Origin: Nitrospinota bacterium
Lineage (GTDB): Bacteria > UBA8248
NCBI GenBank assembly: GCA_030754595.1
Contig: JASLZZ010000012.1
Coordinates: 1-12,765 of the forward strand
Reading direction: 5' to 3'
DNA length: 12,765 nt
The notes beneath the pieces are model-generated. The model did not search any database, had not been told where the DNA came from, and worked only from the letters and a program-made list of their open reading frames with translations. Below, in pieces: positions 1 through 9,400 of this stretch. The position numbers and the translations under genes are program-made. Within the stretch, counting starts at the first letter, position 1. Every line of letters starts with the position of its first letter.

Positions 1-2
1 GG

Positions 3-386
3 GTCTTCACCGACGGGGAGGGCAACGTCGGTGAGGGCTCTAACATGAACATGGCCTTTGTCACCCGGGACGGGGTTTTGAAACACCCCCGTTTCGAGAA
101 TATCCTCTCGGGATGCACCGTGGTGCGCCTCCTGGAGTTGGCTCCCGCGCTCGTGAGCCTGGGCGTCATCAAGGATATCGTCGTGGGCGATATTCCGGTC
201 GAGGAGGCGAAGGACGCGGCGGAGATGATGCTGATCGGCAGTTCGATTCAGGTCGCGCCGGTGGTGGAATGGGACGGAAAAATGATCGGGGACGGCAAAC
301 CGGGCCCCGTTTCAAAGGCGATGCTCCGGCTACTCGAGGAGGACATGACATCAGGGGAAGGAAGGCTGATCGACGTGCCGTACTAA
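3..386 (+). CDS. PLP-dependent aminotransferase class IV (IlvE/PabC/D-amino-acid aminotransferase family), C-terminal part, 5'-truncated by the window
   Basis: Frame is open from base 3: VFTDGEGNVGEGSNMNMAFV...ILSGCT...AEMMLIGSSIQVAPVVEWDGKMIGDGKPGPVS. This matches the class IV motifs EGsxxN, iLxGiT and Exf.tgs...v.PV..iDG..ig.G.pGpv. Confidence 0.9.
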   Translation, partial: VFTDGEGNVGEGSNMNMAFVTRDGVLKHPRFENILSGCTVVRLLELAPALVSLGVIKDIVVGDIPVEEAKDAAEMMLIGSSIQVAPVVEWDGKMIGDGKPGPVSKAMLRLLEEDMTSGEGRLIDVPY

Positions 387-578
387 TTTTTTCCTTGCTC
401 CGGGGTGCCGGCCGCATGGCGCGCGATTATTTTTCTAACCTATTGATTCCTCTCTCTCCCTATTGTTTTTTGAAGCGAGGAAAAAGTTAAAGTTCATCAT
501 TAAAAAACATCCCTTAAGTTTCGGTTGTACATCATAATCAACCAATGCCGCTAGCCGAGCGGGCGGTTATCGTGTACT

Positions 579-779
579 ATGAAAGATGTCCTTTTAATCA
601 TTTTATACTTTGTTGGTCCGACCGCCCGGGGATTTTCCTCTCTATTATACATGGGACTTTTCTTCCGCCCTCGCGAAAACCGCGATGGGAATGGAGGTTC
701 CGGGCAGGGACATCGAAGCCATTCACGCCGGTCCGGGCGGCTCCCAAGCTGCCGCCGGACGGACCAAGGAAAAACATGA
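579..779 (+). CDS. possible small membrane protein (66 aa), translationally coupled to the radical SAM gene
   Basis: Hydrophobic N-terminus (VLLIILYFVG...LLYMGLFF) followed by a Gly/charged tail. Its TGA overlaps the ATG at 776 (ATGA). No clear RBS. Confidence 0.3.
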   Translation: MKDVLLIILYFVGPTARGFSSLLYMGLFFRPRENRDGNGGSGQGHRSHSRRSGRLPSCRRTDQGKT

Positions 780-2233
780 GCAGACCATCATTTACCAACG
801 ATAACGCCTTATACGCTAATCTTATTCCGATACCCGGGATGATCCCCAGACAATCGAGCCGGTTTCGGGGGGAAGGCGATTCCGCCTTTCGCACCAATTT
901 TCCGGCCAATCCTTTCCGGGTGTTCACGGCGCGCCAGCTGGATAAAATTCCTCAGCTCGAACTCCTCTCCAGGGACCAGCGGTTTTCGATGAAGGTGGTT
1001 TCGAGCGTACTCCCCTTTAGGATGAATCAATATGTCATCGACAATCTCATCGACTGGGGAAATGTTCCGGAAGACCCCATCTTTCAGCTCACCTTCCCCC
1101 AGCCCGGCATGTTGTCTCCCGAAAACTTCGGCCGGATGGCGGACCTGATCAGAGGCGGGGCCTCCAAGACGGAAATCGATGCGGCGGCGACCCGAATCAG
1201 GGCCCAGTTGAATCCTCATCCGGCAGGTCAGCAGGAACTCAACGTTCCAATGCTCGGCGACGAGGCAATGGAGGGGATGCAACACAAATACCGCGAAACC
1301 GTTCTTTTCTTCCCGAGCCGGGGACAGACCTGTCACTCCTACTGCACCTTTTGTTTCCGGTGGGCGCAGTTCGTAGGCGACAAGGGACTCCGGTTCGCCT
1401 CGCACGAAGCCGAATCGCTCCACGCCTATCTCGCGGCGCATCCGGACGTGACCGATCTTCTTCTTACCGGCGGCGACCCGATGGTCATGAAAACCCGGAA
1501 CCTGGAGGACTATCTGTACTCCTTGGCCAACAACCCCTCCCTCGAGCACATTCAAACCGTTCGAATCGGGACTAAATCCATGACCTTCTGGCCCCACCGA
1601 TTTGTCACGGACGACGATGCCGACGATATGCTCCGTCTCCTGGAGCGGCTCGTGAAAGCCGGAAAGCATGTGGCCCTGATGGCCCACTATAATCATTGGC
1701 GCGAGATGGAGACCGACATCGCCCGAGAGGCCATCCGGAGGGTTCGGGGGACCGGCGCGATTATCCGCAGCCAGGGGCCCGCCCTGGCGCATATCAACGA
1801 CAGCGCCGACACCTGGGCGCGAACGTGGCGAACCCAGGTGAAACTCGGGATCGTCCCTTACTACATGTTCGTTGAGCGGGACACCGGTGCGCGCCGCTAC
1901 TTCGAAATTCCGTTGGTGGAAGCGTTTGAGATTTACAGCGGAGCGTTAAAAGCGGTTTCGGGGCTCGGGCGCACGGTCCGCGGCCCCAGCATGAGCGCGG
2001 AGCCGGGCAAAGTGGAGATTCAGGGCGTCTCCGAAATCCGGGGCGAAAAAGTATTCGTATTAAGGTTCATTCAGGGCCGGAATCCCGACTGGGCGCAACG
2101 TCCGTTTTTCGCGAAATTCGACGAGAAGGCCATATGGTTCGATCAACTCGTCCCCGCCTTCGGCGAAAAAGAGTTTTTCTACGAAGCCGAGTTCCGGGCG
2201 ATGAAAGAAAATATGGCCGAGGCGCTAACCTGA
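776..2233 (+). CDS. KamA-family radical SAM protein (lysine 2,3-aminomutase-like; substrate uncertain)
   Basis: CxxxCxxC motif (TCHSYCTFCFR) preceded by GMQHKYRETVL, then DLLLTGGDPM, RIGTK, HYNH, PYYMF and PGKV (candidate PLP lysine). The ATG at 776 follows AAGGA; the ORF-track start at 545 is probably an over-extension. Confidence 0.88.
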   Translation: MSRPSFTNDNALYANLIPIPGMIPRQSSRFRGEGDSAFRTNFPANPFRVFTARQLDKIPQLELLSRDQRFSMKVVSSVLPFRMNQYVIDNLIDWGNVPEDPIFQLTFPQPGMLSPENFGRMADLIRGGASKTEIDAAATRIRAQLNPHPAGQQELNVPMLGDEAMEGMQHKYRETVLFFPSRGQTCHSYCTFCFRWAQFVGDKGLRFASHEAESLHAYLAAHPDVTDLLLTGGDPMVMKTRNLEDYLYSLANNPSLEHIQTVRIGTKSMTFWPHRFVTDDDADDMLRLLERLVKAGKHVALMAHYNHWREMETDIAREAIRRVRGTGAIIRSQGPALAHINDSADTWARTWRTQVKLGIVPYYMFVERDTGARRYFEIPLVEAFEIYSGALKAVSGLGRTVRGPSMSAEPGKVEIQGVSEIRGEKVFVLRFIQGRNPDWAQRPFFAKFDEKAIWFDQLVPAFGEKEFFYEAEFRAMKENMAEALT

Positions 2234-2453
2234 TAGCCCGTCGCCCGATTGTCCCTTCAGACCACTTCTCCTAGAGCGCTTTTCCAGAGTACCTTTTTAT
2301 GAAATCCACCGGCATGTATGCCCCCGGGTCGATCTTTGCGCGCAATAATAATCCTCGCCGGCATCCTCCGCCAGGACGGGCTCCCGCCGAGACGGACGCA
2401 CCCCCAGAGCCGAAAAAACTGACAGCAAGTATCATGCCGCCAAACGGGTCGCC

Positions 2454-3857
2454 TCACTTTTTGGGCGGGTTGTGGATGGCGGCGCCATGCACATCGTGCG
2501 CCGCCTCCATGACAGCTTCCGACAGCGTCGGATGTGAATGAATGGTTCCGCCGAGATCGACCGCAGAAATATTATTTCGAATCGCCACCGCCGCCTCGTG
2601 AACCAAATCGGCCGCGTGAAGGCCGACCACATGAACCCCGAGGATCGAATCGTCCTCCGCATCGGCGATTATCTTCACTTCCCCCGATATCTCGCGCTCG
2701 GCATGTGCCTTCCCCAGCCCCCGCATCTGAAAGCGGCCGATACGCAGGTCTCGGCCTTCGTCCCTGGCCTGCCGCTCGGTGAGGCCGACGACGCCCACCT
2801 CGGGATGAGTGAAGATTCCCGCGGGAATGCCCCGGTAGTCCATGGCGACATCTCCCCCCGTCGCGTTTTCCGCCGCGACGACACCTTCCGCAGACGCCAC
2901 ATGGGCGAGCATGAGCCCCCCGATGACATCCCCGGCGGCATAAACTCCCGGCACATTCGTCTCCATCTTGTCGTTCACCGTGACATCGCCCCGCTCGCCG
3001 AGCGCAACCCCGATTTTGTCGAGGCCCAGGTTGTCGGTATTGAAAGTGCGGCCGATGGAAACGAGAACCAGATCCGCCGCGACGAGATCGCCACCCTCGA
3101 TTTGCGCGGCCATCTCGCTTCCGCTCGGTTCGACCTTGAGAATTTTCCTGCCGGTGAGGACCTTGATTTTCTGTTTCTTCAACTCCCGCTCTATCAGCTT
3201 AGACACATCCTCATCGCCCAGGGGAAGCGCCCGGTCGAGCAACTCGACCACAGTGACCTCCACCCCTATCTCCCTGTAAAAGCAGGCGAATTCGCATCCG
3301 ATCGCGCCCGCTCCGATGATGAGGAGCCGCTCGGGCAACTCCTTTAGATGAACCGCCTGATCGCTCGAAATGATTCTCTTCCCGTCGATTGGAAAAGCCG
3401 GGATCTGCGCCGGCCGCGCACCCGTCGAAACGAGAATTTTATCGGCCCGGATTTCCTCCTCATCGCCTTCCGCTCCCCGGACGCGAATGAGGGCTTTTTC
3501 CACTATCGACGCCTCGCCAGCGAAACGTTCGACCCGGTGCGCCTTGAAAAGGCCTTCGATGCCCTTCACCAGGCCCGCCACGATTTTGTCCTTGCGCTCG
3601 ATCATATGACCCAAATCGGCCTTGATCTCCCCGGTGATCTCGACCCCGAAATCCCGGGACCGCTTGATGCTCCGGTAAACATCGGCCGAGCGAATGAGGC
3701 TCTTGGAAGGGATGCACCCCCAGTTCAGGCAGGTGCCGCCGAGGGCGCCTCGTTCGATGACAATGCATTTCGCCCCCCGCTGGGCCGCGCGAACGCCGGC
3801 AACATATCCCGCCGGCCCCCCTCCAATCACAGCGAAATCGTACGTTGAATCCACCAT
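2454..3857 (-). CDS. lpdA: dihydrolipoyl dehydrogenase (E3)
   Basis: FAD motif IGGGPAGY, redox disulfide GGTCLNWGCIPSK, NAD motif IGAGAIGCE, YAAGD and C-terminal HSHPTLSE. The ATG at 3857 follows GGGGGAG. Confidence 0.95.
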   Translation of the reverse strand: MVDSTYDFAVIGGGPAGYVAGVRAAQRGAKCIVIERGALGGTCLNWGCIPSKSLIRSADVYRSIKRSRDFGVEITGEIKADLGHMIERKDKIVAGLVKGIEGLFKAHRVERFAGEASIVEKALIRVRGAEGDEEEIRADKILVSTGARPAQIPAFPIDGKRIISSDQAVHLKELPERLLIIGAGAIGCEFACFYREIGVEVTVVELLDRALPLGDEDVSKLIERELKKQKIKVLTGRKILKVEPSGSEMAAQIEGGDLVAADLVLVSIGRTFNTDNLGLDKIGVALGERGDVTVNDKMETNVPGVYAAGDVIGGLMLAHVASAEGVVAAENATGGDVAMDYRGIPAGIFTHPEVGVVGLTERQARDEGRDLRIGRFQMRGLGKAHAEREISGEVKIIADAEDDSILGVHVVGLHAADLVHEAAVAIRNNISAVDLGGTIHSHPTLSEAVMEAAHDVHGAAIHNPPKK

Positions 3858-3973
3858 ATCTCCCCCCGGGCCCCGGGCCCGAACAACAATAATCAGATGA
3901 AATATTAACCGATTCAAGAATACCCCATGGGGCCGAAACAGTCTGCCCTTGGCCTCTATTCCTCCCGCAATCG

Positions 3974-4003
3974 TTGACCAATGGAGTCCGCCCTCTGTAG
4001 GAT
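3974..4003 (+). promoter_or_regulatory. candidate sigma70 promoter for the GDP-sugar genes
   Basis: TTGACC (3974-3979), 18-bp spacer, TAGGAT (3998-4003) in the divergent lpdA/gmd intergenic region. Confidence 0.4.
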
Positions 4004-4040
4004 TCCCCCTCGGTTGTATGTCCCCGGAAAGGAGCTAAAA

Positions 4041-5000
4041 GTGTCGGATCGCGTACTTATCACCGGAATCACCGGGTTCGTGGGCAGTCACCTGGTCGAC
4101 TACCTGCTCACCTTGGATGATGTTGAAATTTTCGGCATGCGGCGGTGGAGAAGCCGCACCGAGCATATCGATCACCTGACCGACAGCGTGAATATCGTCG
4201 AGTGCGATTTGCGGGACCAGATTTCCGTCAGCCAGGTGTTGATTGATACCCGGCCCACGAAAATTTTCCATCTCGCGGCGCAAAGCTTTGTCCCCACATC
4301 CTGGACGGCTCCGGAGGAAAGCCTGCACACCAACATCATCGGAACGCTCCACCTTCTTGAGGGCGTCCGCCAGGCGGGAATCGACCCATGGATTCAGGTG
4401 GCGGGAAGCAGCGAGGAATACGGCTTGGTGCACCCCGACGAGGTTCCGATCACAGAGACCAACCCGCTGAGGCCTCTCTCCCCCTACGCCGTGAGCAAGG
4501 TTGGAACCGACCTGCTCGCCTACCAGTTCCACCAGAGCTACGGGTTGAAACTCGTACGAACCCGCGCATTCAACCACACCGGTCCGCGCAGGGGCGATGT
4601 ATTCGTTTGCAGCGATTTTGCCAAGCAGATAGTCCAGGCCGAGAAAGGGGATCGCGAGCCTGTCATTCACGTCGGAAATCTCGAGGCCAAGAGAGACTTC
4701 ACCGATGTGCGGGATATCGTGAAAGCATATTGGCTATCCTTGCTCCACGGCGAAGCGGGCGAGGTCTACAATATCGCCTCGGGAACCACTTGGACGATTC
4801 GCGAGGTGCTGGACATGCTAATCGCCCTCTCCAACATCGAGATCGCCATCGAGGAAGACCCGGCAAGAATGCGTCCCTCGGACGTGGAAATTCTTCTGGG
4901 CGATTCGTCGAAGTTTCGGGAAGCCACGGGCTGGAAGCAGGAGATTCCCTTCGAGCAAACCTTGCGGGACATACTGGACTACTGGCGAGAGCGTTTGTGA
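4041..5000 (+). CDS. GDP-mannose 4,6-dehydratase / GDP-4-keto-6-deoxymannose reductase family extended SDR
   Basis: GTG start after GGAAAGGAG. Motifs LITGITGFVGSHL, HLAAQSFV, GSSEEYG, SPYAVSK (YxxxK), FNHTGP, GNLEAKRDFTDVRD and RPSDV. Confidence 0.92.
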   Translation: MSDRVLITGITGFVGSHLVDYLLTLDDVEIFGMRRWRSRTEHIDHLTDSVNIVECDLRDQISVSQVLIDTRPTKIFHLAAQSFVPTSWTAPEESLHTNIIGTLHLLEGVRQAGIDPWIQVAGSSEEYGLVHPDEVPITETNPLRPLSPYAVSKVGTDLLAYQFHQSYGLKLVRTRAFNHTGPRRGDVFVCSDFAKQIVQAEKGDREPVIHVGNLEAKRDFTDVRDIVKAYWLSLLHGEAGEVYNIASGTTWTIREVLDMLIALSNIEIAIEEDPARMRPSDVEILLGDSSKFREATGWKQEIPFEQTLRDILDYWRERL

Positions 5001-5950
5001 AAGCCCTGATCGCGGGCATTGCCGGATTCGCCGGCAACCATTTGGCCGAGCACCTCCTCGAGCTTGGTTACGATGTGTCGGGCATCGCTCTCCCGAAATA
5101 ATCGCTGGATAACCTGAGCCGCATATCCGGCCGGGTCATCCTCCACCGGGGAGACCTTCTCGATAAAGAGGAAATCCGGTCCATCGTCTCGGAGACCCGG
5201 CCCGATCGCGTATTCCACCTGGCGGCGCTAAGTTCGGTCCCCGCCTCGTGGGAGGACCCCGCCCGAACTTTCGAAACCAATATCAACACGGGCATCCATC
5301 TTCTTGAAGCCTGCATGGCCGCGAAAAACGAAATGCGAGTCCTGCTCGTCAGTTCGGCGGACATCTACGGAGGGGGCGACCTCTCCGGCCAAATCACGGA
5401 AGAATCGCCGTATGCCCCCAACAATCCCTATGCGGTGAGCAAACTGGCTCTGGACCTCGCATCCGCCAAAATCGCGGAGGCAAACGGGCTCCACCTCGTC
5501 CGGGTGCGGCCGATGAACCATACCGGACCGCACCAGGCTACGGGATTTGTCATTCCGGATTTATCCAAGCAAATAGCCGAAATTGAAATCAAAAAGAAAG
5601 ACCCGATTTTAAGAACCGGCAACCTGGAACCCCGGCGCGATTTCTCGGATGTCAGGGACATTGTCCGGGCCTACGCGGTGGCCGCCGAGCGCGGACACCC
5701 CGGAGAGGCTTATCTCGTCTGCTCGGGCCAAACGAATTCAATCCGCGAGGCTTTGGAGGTACTTCTCTCCTATGCGAAAATTTCGATCATGGTCGAAGCG
5801 GATTTACGGAAAAACCGCCCCAGCGAATCCAATGTCGGGTCCGCATCCCACAGCAAATTCACTCAAACGACAGGCTGGCATCCAGAAATTCCCTTCGAGC
5901 AGACCTTGCGGGAGACCCTCGATTACTGGCGGGAAAAGATCGGCCGCTGA
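4997..5950 (+). pseudogene. second GDP-sugar SDR (Rmd-like reductase) interrupted by an in-frame TAA at 5099-5101
   Basis: The GTG start overlaps the upstream TGA (GTGA). The frame reads VKALIAGIAGFAGNHL...IALPK*SLDNL...GDLLD...RPDRVFHLAALSSVPASW... and continues in the same frame into the 5315-5950 ORF (SSADIYG, YAVSK, NHTGP, GNLEPRRDFSDVRD). Confidence 0.85.
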
Positions 5951-6117
5951 TCCTATGGCCCTCTGGCGGGAAAAGACGGGGCCCTGATCGTCCGGCCACA
6001 ATGAATACCGAGCCGCAATGAATCCCGGGTTTCCCTCCAAACGCCATTTAATTGCTTTCATTATGGGGAAAATATCCCCTTCCCAGGCGTGTTTTGGGGC
6101 TTTTTCCCTTTTTTCAC

Positions 6118-6236
6118 CCCCAATATCTGGGGAAAAATTGTGAACAACTCCACATATTTTGTGGATTTTCATAAAAAATTCTTGACAACCCCATATCTGG
6201 TGCTTTATCTTTATCCCATTATACTATATGTACTTA
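6118..6236 (+). promoter_or_regulatory. NrdR-box-like operators (two good, two weak) upstream of nrdJ
   Basis: Compared with consensus acaCwAtATaTwGtgt: CCCCAATATCTGGGGA (6118-6133), TCCACATATTTTGTGG (6149-6164, weak), ACCCCATATCTGGTGC (6188-6203), ATACTATATGTACTTA (6221-6236, weak). Starts within each pair are 31 and 33 bp apart. Confidence 0.7.
6182..6211 (+). promoter_or_regulatory. sigma70-like promoter of nrdJ
   Basis: Perfect TTGACA (6182-6187), 18-bp spacer occupied by an NrdR-box-like site, TATCTT (6206-6211), AT-rich upstream tract. Confidence 0.65.
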
Positions 6237-6440
6237 CAGAGGCCCCTAGGTTCAGGGTTTTCGTAGGTCGTTTTCCTGGTTCCACCGGATATGCCTGAAT
6301 TTAGGTTTGTTATCGGTTTTGTTGATCGCCGGTTTTGGCCCAGATGATTGAAAAGGAAAAAAAGACGAATACAATACGAACAATGTTGATTTTTTGAATT
6401 TCGCCCGAAATTCAGCCCGAAATTCAGAGGAATTTTTTAA

Positions 6441-9400
6441 ATGAAATTTGATCGTTTATTCACCTTCTCCGGGGCGGGCCCATACGAGGATATCAACTTC
6501 GTCCCCCGGACCTCCCGAATCATCAACCCGGACGGAACAGTTGTATTTGAAGCAAAAGACATCCTGGTTCCCGAGAACTGGACCCAGGTCGCGGTCGATA
6601 TCATCGCCCAGAAATACTTTCGGAAGGCGGGGGTTCCCGCCAAACTGAAAAAAGTCGCCGAATACGGCGTGCCCGAGTGGCTCCAGCGTTCCGAGGCCGA
6701 CGAGGAGGCTTTATCCACGCTCCCCGAGGACGAACGGTTCGGCATGGAGCGGGACGCTCGGCATGTATTTCACCGGATGGCGGGATGCTGGGCCTATTGG
6801 GGATGGAAACACGACTACTTCGGCGACGGGGAAAACGCCAGGGCCTTCTACGACGAGATCACTTTCATGCTCGCCGGCCAGATAGCCGCGCCAAACTCCC
6901 CCCAATGGTTTAACACCGGCCTCAACTGGGCCTATGGAATCGAGGGCCCCGCCCAAGGCCACCACTACTGCGACCCGATTACGGGAGAAGTGACCCGGTC
7001 CAAGAATGCCTACGAGCGGCCCCAGCCCCACGCCTGCTTCATCCAGTCGGTCAACGACGATCTCGTGAACGAGGGCGGGATCATGGACCTCTGGGTGAGC
7101 GAGGCGCGCATTTTCAAATTCGGTTCGGGGACGGGGTCGAATTTCTCGAACCTGCGGGGCGCGAACGAACCCCTCTCCGGCGGCGGAAAAAGCTCGGGCC
7201 TGATGAGCTTCCTCAAAATCGGCGACCGCGCCGCCGGCGCCATCAAATCGGGCGGCACCACCCGCCGCGCGGCAAAAATGGTCATCCTCGACGCCGATCA
7301 TCCGGACATCGAGGAATTCATCAACTGGAAGGTCCGCGAAGAACAGAAAGTGGCCGCCCTGGTTACGGGCAGCCGGACCTGCAACCGGCACATGAACTCC
7401 ATCATCGCCGTCTGCAACCCCAAGGATCAGGCCGAACTGAACGGCGGACTCTACCTTCTCGAGGAAAATCCCGTCCTCCGCGCCGCAGTCCGCAAGGCCC
7501 GAGACGCCGGTGTGCCCGACAACTACATTCACCGCGCCCTTCAGCTCGCCAAGCAGGGCTACAAGGAAATCATTTTCGACGAACTCGACACGAACTGGGA
7601 GGGCGAGGGTTACGCCACCGTCGCGGGCCAGAACTCGAACAATACGGTCCGCCTGAAGGACGAGTTCATGAAAGCCGTCGAAGAGGGCGGAACCTGGAAT
7701 CTCATCCAGCGGACGGACGGCGCGGTGGCGAAAGAGCTCGAGGCCAGGGATTTATGGGACCAGATCGGCTACGCGGCCTGGTGCAGCGCGGATCCGGGCC
7801 TGCAATTCGACACCACCATCAACGACTGGCACACCTGCCCGGCGGACGGCCGAATCAACGCCTCGAACCCCTGCTCGGAGTATATGTTCCTCGACAATAC
7901 GGCCTGCAACCTGGCATCGATGAATCTCATGCGATTCCTCGACACCGATACGGGCGGTTTCCGGGTGGACGAGTACCGGCACGCCGCCCGGCTCTGGACG
8001 ACCGTACTCGAAATTTCCGTTCTGATGGCCCAGTTCCCGAGCCGGGACATCGCTCTCAGGTCCTACCAGTACCGCACCCTCGGCCTCGGCTATGCGAATC
8101 TGGGCACCCTTCTCATGGTGCTCGGAATTCCTTACGACTCGCCCCAGGCCGAGGCTTGGTGCGGAGCCCTCTCCGCGATCATGACGGGCTGTTCATACGC
8201 GGCGAGCGCCGAGATCGCATCGGAGATGGGGGCCTTCCCGCGCTATGACACCAACCGGGAGGACATGCTCCGCGTCATCCGGAACCACCGCCGCGCCGCC
8301 TACGGCGCGCCGCCGGCGGAATACGAGGACATCTCCAAGGCCCCGGCGGGCATCGACCCCAGCCACTGCCCTCCCTACCTGCTGTCGGCGGCGAGGAAGG
8401 CGTGGGACAGCGCCCTCAACCTGGGCGAGCAATTCGGCTACCGCAACGCCCAGGCCACCGTTATCGCGCCCACGGGCACAATCGGCCTCGTGATGGACTG
8501 CGACACCACCGGAATCGAGCCCGACTTCGCTCTGGTGAAATTCAAGAAGCTGGCGGGCGGCGGCTATTTCAAAATCATCAACCAGTCGGTTCCGATCGCC
8601 CTGAGAAGGCTTGGCTACGGCGAGGAGGAAATCAGGGAGATCGTCGCCTACTGCCGGGGCCGAGGAAGCCTCACGAACGCCCCCCACATTAATCCCGAAT
8701 CGCTCATCGAGAAGGGATTTACGGAGAAAACCCTCGAATCGGTGGAGGCGGCGCTCGAGGGGGCCTTCGAGCTTCCGTTCGCGTTCAGCAAATATACGCT
8801 CGGAGAGGAATTCTGCCGCGAAAAACTGGGGCTCACCGACGAACAGCTCGGCGACTGGAGCCTCAACCTCCTCGAAGCCATCGGCTTCACGCCCGGGGAA
8901 ATCCGCGAGGCGAACGATTATGTATGCGGGATGGTGACAATCGAGGGCGCCCCCCATCTCAAGGAAGAGCATCTCGGGATTTTCGACTGCGCGAACCGTT
9001 GCGGCCGCGGGGGCAAGCGCTACATCAGCCCGATGGCCCATGTGCGGATGATGGCCGGAGCCCAGCCGTTCATCTCCGGCTCGATCAGCAAGACGATCAA
9101 CCTGCCCAACGAGGCGACCATCGAGGAGATTCAGGGTCTCTACCACGAGTCCTGGAACCGGGCGACCAAGGCCATCGCTCTCTACCGGGACGGCTCGAAG
9201 CTCAGCCAGCCGCTAACGACGCAGCTTCAGACCGGCCTTTTCGACGAGGATGAAAGCGACGACAAGGGGGCGGGCGAAAGCCGGCCCGTCCATGTGGCGC
9301 AACAGATTGTGCGCCGATACATGTATCAGGGCCGCCGCCGCAAGCTCCCCACCCGGCGGGGCGGTTACACCCAAAAGGCCATCGTCGGCGGCCACAAGGT

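Noticed and set aside
545..775. N-terminal 77 aa of the 562-aa ORF
   Set aside because: No RBS and no family similarity. The ATG at 776 has AAGGA upstream.
6240..6440. Cobalamin riboswitch upstream of the B12-dependent nrdJ
   Set aside because: No recognisable GGGAA...GCCCCCGC or B12-box (AGYCAGAAGAC-like) elements; the region is AT-rich.
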